Of a stretch of DNA of 64,000 nucleotides, positions 59,101 to 64,000 are shown one piece after another; within the stretch, counting starts at the first letter, position 1; each line of letters starts with the position of its first letter. A program made the position numbers and the translations under genes. The notes under the pieces were generated by a model, which was not told the DNA's origin, ran no database searches, and worked only from the letters and a program-made list of their open reading frames with translations. The DNA lies in sequence record PV037725.1; one strand, given 5' to 3'.

Positions 59101-60093
59101 TACGGTATCCCTGGACTCGGTCAAGACCCTGAACGTAAAGCTCGGAAAGACCCACGTGCTTCCGCCCTGATGGGTGGTGAGTTCATTAAGAGCAACTACG
59201 ATACTGTTAGTAAAGGTATCGGACGTAAAGACTTGACTGACACAGATATCTACATGGCTCACTTCTTAGGCCCTGGCGGCGCTATCAAGTTCCTCAAAGC
59301 CGACCCTAATGCAATGGCTTACAAGATCTTCAGTAAGGAGTACTCGGCTAACATGTCGATCTTCTTCGTTGATGCTAAGCCTTCGCAACCACGGACTATT
59401 TCAGCAGTCTACAAGCTTTTCCAAGCTAAGATGGACAAATTCTGGAATACTACGGGTAAGGGTTACCGTCAAGGTGAAGCTGGGCAACCGTCTAACGACG
59501 CCAATGCCGATTCTCAAACACCGGGTGCGGTAGAGAACAGCAGTACTGCTGATTCTGAAGCCATGAAGAATAAGCTGAAGGACGAGGCTGGCTCTAAAGA
59601 CGGACTGGGTAGTGATTCTCCTGATGGGCAACCATCTGGTGATACCCCGATCGAACAAGGTGCTGGCACTGGTTCCATTCAGAAGCTTGCTCGGGATACA
59701 GCGCCGATGCCAGGTGCTCCAACTAGTGGTGGTGGTACTGGTAGTAATTCTTCGACCAACGCGACAGGTACTGATTCGGGTAGTGGTACAGCTGACAGCC
59801 AGCAACAAAGTCAGATGGATGCTGCACAGTCTCAGAACAACCGTCGGGCAGCTGAAGTTAAACGTGAACGTGAAGCGGCTAACGCAGTGAATGATATTCA
59901 GTCTAAACAGCTGAATGCACTCTACGAGATCCGTGACCTTCAACAACTTCAATTGGATAACTCCAAAGATTTGTTGAAGGCGTTCTCAGCCGCGCAATCC
60001 GCAGGTGGCCAAGGTTCAGGTAATAATATGAATCCGTCCACCATGCAAGGTCGCCCGGCTGCTCAGCGTAACAGCAGCTTAACCCTTCGCTAA
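53125..60093 (+). CDS. Tape-measure/tail protein with a C-terminal lytic transglycosylase domain (phiKZ gp181-like)
   Basis: 2322 aa, largely helical. IAGIESAFN...[14 protein letters not shown]...DPRASALMG...[11 protein letters not shown] (SLT/lysozyme-like motifs). Confidence 0.9.
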   Translation: MAKQNVPLRKPKGSDGEGNIKVPGGPVVLDLGDFDDIFGPMDAESPKNGPLGQFYSGLKDSLGNRFKTKDIVRNFLRSAAPDGLSNVMGFADEAMAATRDIKESIERTNAADLQYIAQRAQKVLPQLKDYVSEDTYNDINQGLENKIEEYDYTVQSGRDQTAIRRARQDESDTNQIKAAMDNIALTDRLNHNKSEQGANARHNQTRAENSIRDVLSTRRFDFVAKSMGMAVDSLQRIVGYKEQVDYGFQRKGLELQFRSYLGIKELVKLSEAHLELNARAYNSMIRNTGIPDHEKRGRNDLTQMGQGSDKRGFASKAIQAVGGKTLSQFYGNYSGDVQSRVQNSLSQKLSMATMAMKMGENGPSLWDNKYSMAGNLAGDYLSDFLINDLVPMLGREARGPLTKLSDRHGGRHNQAGYFLDNMPAFLQEFVNNNQNSRGIKGGIRNLIAPYVPQFGLQDRVQNGTFQTIDQHATFNQATQRSIVDAIPGYLARILQEMRMIRTGSDDVAREVFDMTNGKFGLEKAAHDNLQNRIVPENAVRVASSTINDALNQMDKDGKLSPQARKALGERLLRDGSSNNRFDPEAYIRSRGYAQGTSPEVAKELEEHFRSQFKFDEDGKMSDTSENHKLRQEFSQAFLDIRSISRDPIKEINRLINSGHTEPLRAMGIIVTEKNQDRINYPRIWEILRQGVSDHNPYAEGGSGYDPYAVDNSGTVGHKNFMGPEHPGLGKAFVMNNMRKFRTKYAPEEQAARDATAKHLKALRGRFGSAAKNAQDTFADLTGGKGTDYTPGIKGFSQMMSGGPGFGPQNMAGGYQAFIGEKVNEHKEKLKGYGVDGMQELTDLYSSFDPTQPLIKGIDFGMGDLIDVNTKKIVTKPSDITGEVINRLGQTVVTATEAAAGLLNPKGELAVKVSDTFNSIVDKAIGLHRNINGERSASSEPTDPNNPDELNKQDWSLGPGENPILLARGFMNGEYKDAAGKVINSIADIASDVYDNAGNLVVSAKEFANGLWSKRSGKRYRPTKGFARLLKMAQGAGKYSGTTATGLAFGALKFSAKAALGIAKTAFNFVMDNQNAYLPGEAVPVITRRQLQAGEYYDDKGKVVEDFVDVYSPMYNAQGEAVIAPELYKQLTNFDGSKHALAKNRRIWAKYIMRPLRAVRDAYMRQTKKYYKWLGKTTTRVGGAVGRKLFGGFAKMGGKVFDSMFESVEDPNAKAQIDATLMASQQQTSVMEQVLQAVRDLKPKELRKGSWQAKEASKAAAGDGKKGDGKDDDAKQQGFLKRGLAGLASMLGLGGNKDSDEEDDDGFGLDDAADLADIGDAVGDHRERRRRRRRPGKKGWFGNLWDKAKNSRVGKWGGTILEKAGQSRLGQMAVKPLLQVAKRPTFWAAVATTAAVAGTYLWSSIKDSSGDFRRLRLSQYGIWGMRRELKVLELETLLEQFTDKVSDNPSFSLSGAGAKQMLSIMGLDIENQTEVMNFAKWLELRFKPIYLAWIGGLNKVGQSQVKINEVDDKLPKELKADFLETIRFPYNNESPYSVLINPFDPDDTPEPNMDYISKLFDELKAEFDPERKKDDAKVDGKKVSKEDIAKGAAAAGGAAAVTSDNPAKDIVKKQADEKAKNGDILKTGIAATAATSSSMSGTIAALNARIGNTVTALQAIRMRAYGLQTLQLSDVRSLLALEAVYAKDLTAVDDVVDYSGDDQKLLAAAGTLLGKDTSVGSTDRPKLYNWLMQRFGPTFRAYYGTAKQLNPSADLKTLENKLKGADKVSVGQAVLGAVFRHDQTVWECDSIFDVKGPLADLKRLADADLEHLKKEAEKEVVDSPTQKGSDQMAGKNAADTGGSFTDKVIGKIKDAWDSSKETISNTWNRASEAAKDTYAGAKIAVGMGPDYGEGGASGGVIKSSGTGGEIISGTGGKFEELPYPSANSSIKAAYPTLLAAGKMTGVPVDWLTVIAGIESAFNYTIKAKTSSATGWYQFIDGTWDEMVKKYGPKYGIPGLGQDPERKARKDPRASALMGGEFIKSNYDTVSKGIGRKDLTDTDIYMAHFLGPGGAIKFLKADPNAMAYKIFSKEYSANMSIFFVDAKPSQPRTISAVYKLFQAKMDKFWNTTGKGYRQGEAGQPSNDANADSQTPGAVENSSTADSEAMKNKLKDEAGSKDGLGSDSPDGQPSGDTPIEQGAGTGSIQKLARDTAPMPGAPTSGGGTGSNSSTNATGTDSGSGTADSQQQSQMDAAQSQNNRRAAEVKREREAANAVNDIQSKQLNALYEIRDLQQLQLDNSKDLLKAFSAAQSAGGQGSGNNMNPSTMQGRPAAQRNSSLTLR

Positions 60094-60097
60094 CACT

Positions 60098-60124
60098 GGT
60101 CGGTCCTTCGGGACCGACCTTTAT
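60098..60124 (+). terminator. Terminator hairpin with a TTCG loop
   Basis: GGTCGGTCC-TTCG-GGACCGACC-TTTAT. Confidence 0.8.
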
Positions 60125-60143
60125 CCCTTTCGAGGTTTCAACA

Positions 60144-62126
60144 ATGGCCGAAGATCTACAACCCATCTGGCTCCGGAAAGCATTCATGCTCCCGGTAAGC
60201 TATGATAAGAATAACTATGGTTCCGGGGCTAAGCGTCGCGGGGCTAACTCAGCAGCATTCAAATTTACAAACACATCCCCTGGTGGTAGTTTCCCGATTA
60301 ACATGCTTCCTCAATACACTCGGTATGCCGACATTCGTGTTCCGGGTCGAGGGCGTAGTCACGGCGACCGATTCCTGGGTATGGGCCGTTACTACTCAGA
60401 AGCACATGACGACACTAAACAAGAAATTCACATGTCGTTCGGCGTTCCACGATTCAGTAGCTGGACTAGCTTCTTTACTAACTTTTACGACCGAAGTGCG
60501 GCGTCCATGGCTAACACTGGTGCAGGTAGCGGCTTGTGGTATAACCTAGGTAACGCTGCTGGTTTGTTAGTGTCTCTGCCGATGCAACCGTTCATCTTGG
60601 GTCTAACTGGTACGATGCGCGTCATTAGCTTCTTGACTAAGTCACAACCATCCAAGTGGTTCTACTTTAAACCAACTATGCATACGTACTGGTCTTCGGT
60701 TAACACCCTAGCAAACGAATTTGCAATTGGTTTAGGTATTACGCCATGGTTCTGGGCTAAAGAAGATGATCCATTGGCTACACCAGGTGAAACGGTTACT
60801 AAGGCCAACCTTGCTGAGATCCACCGTATCTTCCCTACCCTATTCCGTGAGGACGGTGGTATCGATGTGATGGCTCTAAGTGGGCGTGCACAGCGTATGT
60901 CGGATGCTTCTCAGAAGTCTACCAAGGCATTGATGGAGAAAGCTCGGACCATCGATGAACTTAACGCTGCAACGCAGAAAGCTATGGCTATGCCTATTGA
61001 AGATCCAGATCCGGGTATGGACGCACGGAAATACTTCCTCAAGTATGTTGACACTATTGATAAGAAAGCCACCCAAGATGAAACCGGTATCGTAGATAAC
61101 GAATTCTTCTCTAGCTGGTCTGATCTACAACACATGTACAAATATGTTGTAGGCGCACAGCACGATGGTCAGCAGTTCGTTACTTTACGAGCTGACTATA
61201 ATGGTGAAGTATCTGAGAGCTTTAGTAACTCCACCAAAGACGTAGGTGTTGTACAGACGCTTAACACAAAAGTGAATGAAGGTCGTACCGCAGCATTCAA
61301 CTTCATGGGTGGTAACATCACGGAAGGTGTAGGTGCCATGACGGGTATGATTGCCGACTTCGTTACTGGCGCATTAGACTCAGTCAACTTAGGTGGTCTG
61401 AGTATCTTGACGGGTTCCGCTTTCGTAGACGTCCCGGAGTATTGGGATTCTGCAATGGCTTCTTTACCAACAGCGCAATACACCATTCCACTGATTACAC
61501 CGTACGGTAACGTTATCTCCCGGTTCTTGAACATCTACCTACCGTTAGCCATGATCCTCCCAATGGGCCTACCGAGGTCGGCCGGGCGTTCTGCATACAC
61601 AGCCCCATTCTTGGTACAGATGTTCCATAAAGGGCGCGTACAACGTCAGCTGGGGATTGTGGATTCTATCCAGATCCGTCGCGGTACTGGTAACGTAGGT
61701 TGGAACGCCAACCACGAGATGCTCGGCTGTGAAGTAACCATCGGTGTTAAAGACCTTTCGAAGATCATGCACATTCCCATTAAAGGTGGCTTTGCTTCCT
61801 CGAGTTGGATTGGTACTGGTGCTAAGTGGGCAACGGCTACCGCAGCTGAAGCCGCTGGTGGTGACGCAGCGTTAGGTGCAGCGCTGGCAGTGACTGATGG
61901 TGCAGTGTGGGATGAACAATCGCTATTCAACGATTACGTCGCAACGCTGTGCTCTCAAAGTTGGAGTGATCTGTACTACGCTGGTAAGCGGTTGAACCTA
62001 AACCTTACTCGTACAGTACAGTCATTTAAAAGTTGGCGCTCACCTTCGAACTTTGCTTCGTGGGTATTGGATGGAGACGTGGCTCGAACACTGTCGGCAT
62101 TCGTACAAACAACATCTCGATTCTAA
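60144..62126 (+). CDS. Tail/baseplate structural protein (phiKZ gp182-like by synteny)
   Basis: 660-aa ORF directly after the tape-measure gene. Confidence 0.6.
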   Translation: MAEDLQPIWLRKAFMLPVSYDKNNYGSGAKRRGANSAAFKFTNTSPGGSFPINMLPQYTRYADIRVPGRGRSHGDRFLGMGRYYSEAHDDTKQEIHMSFGVPRFSSWTSFFTNFYDRSAASMANTGAGSGLWYNLGNAAGLLVSLPMQPFILGLTGTMRVISFLTKSQPSKWFYFKPTMHTYWSSVNTLANEFAIGLGITPWFWAKEDDPLATPGETVTKANLAEIHRIFPTLFREDGGIDVMALSGRAQRMSDASQKSTKALMEKARTIDELNAATQKAMAMPIEDPDPGMDARKYFLKYVDTIDKKATQDETGIVDNEFFSSWSDLQHMYKYVVGAQHDGQQFVTLRADYNGEVSESFSNSTKDVGVVQTLNTKVNEGRTAAFNFMGGNITEGVGAMTGMIADFVTGALDSVNLGGLSILTGSAFVDVPEYWDSAMASLPTAQYTIPLITPYGNVISRFLNIYLPLAMILPMGLPRSAGRSAYTAPFLVQMFHKGRVQRQLGIVDSIQIRRGTGNVGWNANHEMLGCEVTIGVKDLSKIMHIPIKGGFASSSWIGTGAKWATATAAEAAGGDAALGAALAVTDGAVWDEQSLFNDYVATLCSQSWSDLYYAGKRLNLNLTRTVQSFKSWRSPSNFASWVLDGDVARTLSAFVQTTSRF

Positions 62127-62198
62127 ATATTACTGGGTAGGTAGATTCTACAGAGGATCTACCGGTCCCAGACTTTATTCCCTAATCGAGGCTTCGAC

Positions 62199-62690
62199 AT
62201 GTTTAAGAGTTTTATCTTGTGGTTGGTAACTAAGTTCCTGACAGCGCGTGAACGTTTGCAGTTGGTCGTCAAGGATGGCTTTGCAGATGACCCACGCCGT
62301 GTGATCAATAACTTGTATCATCTAGCACACTCTGATGGTAAGGGTAAGACCCTTGTCCCGTTTGATCGTATCGCAGCAAAAGCGCTGTCCGAATATGACC
62401 TATCTGGTAATGTATACGTCACAGTGTTGTTTGCATTGAAGCAGAAATTGTACCGCTGCGGTTCCGAAAAATGTGAAGGTAATGATTACCTCGAGTTCTT
62501 CCGCAAAGTAAACATCATTAAAGATCATAGTAACCGATTGAAGGTAACTAAAGATCTGACCAATCTGATCATCTCAGAAACCACGTTCGGTACCGAACAA
62601 GATATTACGCTGGTAGTGAATGTATTGCAACACCAATACCTTGACCCTGAAATCATCGCTAAATTCCTTACTGCTGGAGAATCCAAATGA
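62199..62690 (+). CDS. Hypothetical protein
   Basis: 163-aa ORF after GAGG RBS. Confidence 0.55.
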   Translation: MFKSFILWLVTKFLTARERLQLVVKDGFADDPRRVINNLYHLAHSDGKGKTLVPFDRIAAKALSEYDLSGNVYVTVLFALKQKLYRCGSEKCEGNDYLEFFRKVNIIKDHSNRLKVTKDLTNLIISETTFGTEQDITLVVNVLQHQYLDPEIIAKFLTAGESK

Positions 62691-63208
62691 AACTGTTCCG
62701 TAACCTTGCTAAATCCCTGTACGAAGCTGTAGTTCCAGAAGCTGAGCGTCAAGAAGCTGCCATCGCTACAATCAGTGATGAACAACGTGCACAACTGGCC
62801 ATTACGTTCTTCGGTCGTGAAGCTGCACTGCTGGATCGTGGCGGTCAAACTTACAAGCGCGCTAAACAAGCTGCCGAAGATCTGATCGTTAGTCACCACA
62901 GTGCCAGTTCGATTGGTCAAGTTCACCGGAAAGAGTTTACTCGTGTCGAATCTGACGACTACGTGCAAGCTATGGTACTGGGCAACCTCTTGTCGAAGGA
63001 CGGTGCAGCTGACCTGTCTGCTACGCCGGTATCACTGAGTAATCAACTCTTCGGTAAAATTGCGTCGGACGTAGATGCTGCACGACTCGAGAAGTCTTTC
63101 ATTAAGCGTCGCAGTATCCTGCGTAACGCCATCAAACGTGAAGTGCCTTCGCTCGATTCTGCTGACCTGACCCTGGCTGTTGAACTCGTAATCGCTATTA
63201 GAATGTAA
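62687..63208 (+). CDS. Hypothetical protein
   Basis: 173-aa helical ORF, ATGA-coupled to the upstream gene. Confidence 0.55.
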   Translation: MKLFRNLAKSLYEAVVPEAERQEAAIATISDEQRAQLAITFFGREAALLDRGGQTYKRAKQAAEDLIVSHHSASSIGQVHRKEFTRVESDDYVQAMVLGNLLSKDGAADLSATPVSLSNQLFGKIASDVDAARLEKSFIKRRSILRNAIKREVPSLDSADLTLAVELVIAIRM

Positions 63209-63237
63209 ATAGTGTGTAGTTCAACTTAAAAGGAAAC

Positions 63238-63849
63238 ATGATGGATAACATTCTCTCTGGTCTCAAGTGGGCCAAAGGTCTTGAATCTCAAGACGGTGCT
63301 GCACAGGTAGTTGATGTTAATGCGGTTAAGTCTCACATTGACATTGACGATGTGGAACAGAACGTTGGTGATGTTAGCGAGTCTGAACCTGATGCTATCG
63401 GTGACGGTGGTGATCACGTTAAGGCTGAGACTAACCATGATATCATCTCTGCTGAAACGATTGAAGTGGCTAGCGCTATCTCCGGTCAAGAAGGTGGTAA
63501 GGTGATTATCGCTGAAGCGGTTGATCCGATCTCCGGTGCACCTAAGCGCTTCGTAATCTCTGGTTTCAATGCACAGACTAACCCTGCTGCTGAACCCGGT
63601 GATAACCTACTTAGTCTGGTGATCCTGTTGCAAAACGGTATCATCCCTGAAGTAGGTGTGAATGGTGTTACTTGCGAAGACCTGCTTAAAGTAGTTGAAG
63701 AAGTTTTCACCTGCTTCCAAGAAGGTAAGTTCGCATGTGAGGAAAACGATCAGGTCCTTCAAGGTGTACGCATGGCTCAAGCAGCTATTGCCCAACGCTT
63801 GGCCCGTCGGGAAGCTCAAGGTACCGAAGGTACTTACCAAGGTAACTGA
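63238..63849 (+). CDS. tad1: Tad1-family anti-defence nucleotide-signal sponge with an acidic N-terminal extension
   Basis: GAPKRF...LQNGIIPEVGVNGVTCEDLL...FQEGKFACEEN...RREAQGTEGT matches the recalled Tad1 family pattern (APHHF...FQxGPIxExGVNG..EDL..FQ...FxCREN...RxxRGVEGT). Confidence 0.75.
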   Translation: MMDNILSGLKWAKGLESQDGAAQVVDVNAVKSHIDIDDVEQNVGDVSESEPDAIGDGGDHVKAETNHDIISAETIEVASAISGQEGGKVIIAEAVDPISGAPKRFVISGFNAQTNPAAEPGDNLLSLVILLQNGIIPEVGVNGVTCEDLLKVVEEVFTCFQEGKFACEENDQVLQGVRMAQAAIAQRLARREAQGTEGTYQGN

Positions 63850-63884
63850 CATATCGCCCTTCCTTCGGGAAGGGCTTTATGACA
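63849..63884 (+). terminator. Terminator hairpin
   Basis: ACATATC-GCCCTTCC-TTCG-GGAAGGGC-TTTATGAC. Confidence 0.85.
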
Positions 63885-63905
63885 CATTACAAAAAATCTC
63901 AGATT

Positions 63906-63913
63906 TATATTAC
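63906..63913 (+). promoter_or_regulatory. phiKZ-type early promoter (TATATTAC)
   Basis: CAGATTTATATTAC, nearly identical to the 32800 site. AGGAG RBS and ATG 63947 follow. Confidence 0.75.
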
Positions 63914-63946
63914 TAGTGTGAGTTAATTAACAGTTAGGAGTAAATA

Positions 63947-64000
63947 ATGAGACTTTTACTTTCTGTATCGTCTGATCTTACACGTATGTCGGTGGGTATT
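63947..64000 (+). CDS. Early gene, 3'-truncated by the window edge
   Basis: AGGAG RBS, then ATG; MRLLLSVSSDLTRMSVGI open to the end. Confidence 0.55.
   Translation, partial: MRLLLSVSSDLTRMSVGI

Noticed and set aside
62141-62179. Imperfect hairpin CTGGG..GGTAGAT...ATCTACC..CCCAG between genes; possible ncRNA
   Set aside because: Short, no U-tract and no family signature. It could be an mRNA-stability element, but nothing supports a distinct RNA gene.
1-64000. tRNA, rRNA, integrase, transposase, CRISPR, chimallin or tubulin genes
   Set aside because: No cloverleaf, rRNA-like tract or corresponding protein motif was seen. Intergenic gaps are mostly under 200 nt and explained by promoters and terminators. 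A tRNAscan run would be needed to exclude tRNAs formally.

Overview
A 64-kb segment of a phiKZ-like jumbo phage genome (Chimalliviridae-type), covering mostly late/virion genes. The assignment rests on recognisable motifs and on gene order matching phiKZ from about gp130 to gp184. In order: tail-fibre paralogues, two dioxygenase-fold genes, RuvC-like resolvase, lysis cassette (overlapping spanins, holin candidate, modular endolysin), a 1594-aa repeat/collagen-like fibre, virion RNAP beta-C fragment, UvsX/RecA, RNase H, head proteins with acidic propeptides, PAAR plus central spike, SbcC ATPase, an accessory region with TATATTAC early promoters (32.3-41.7 kb), prohead protease, three more virion RNAP subunits, tape-measure/lysin, and a Tad1-family protein. 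No rRNA, tRNA, CRISPR array, integrase or transposase was seen. The main leads are: (1) a Tad1-like immune-signal sponge carrying a head-protein-type acidic propeptide at the end of a late operon, possibly virion-packaged; (2) a canonical -1 slippery heptamer ending one codon before the stop of a head protein, with a 113-codon open -1 frame; (3) terminator/early-promoter junctions with near-fixed 24-25 nt spacing; (4) an oxygenase pair inside the fibre cluster. All homologies come from motif recognition and recalled synteny; no database search was run.
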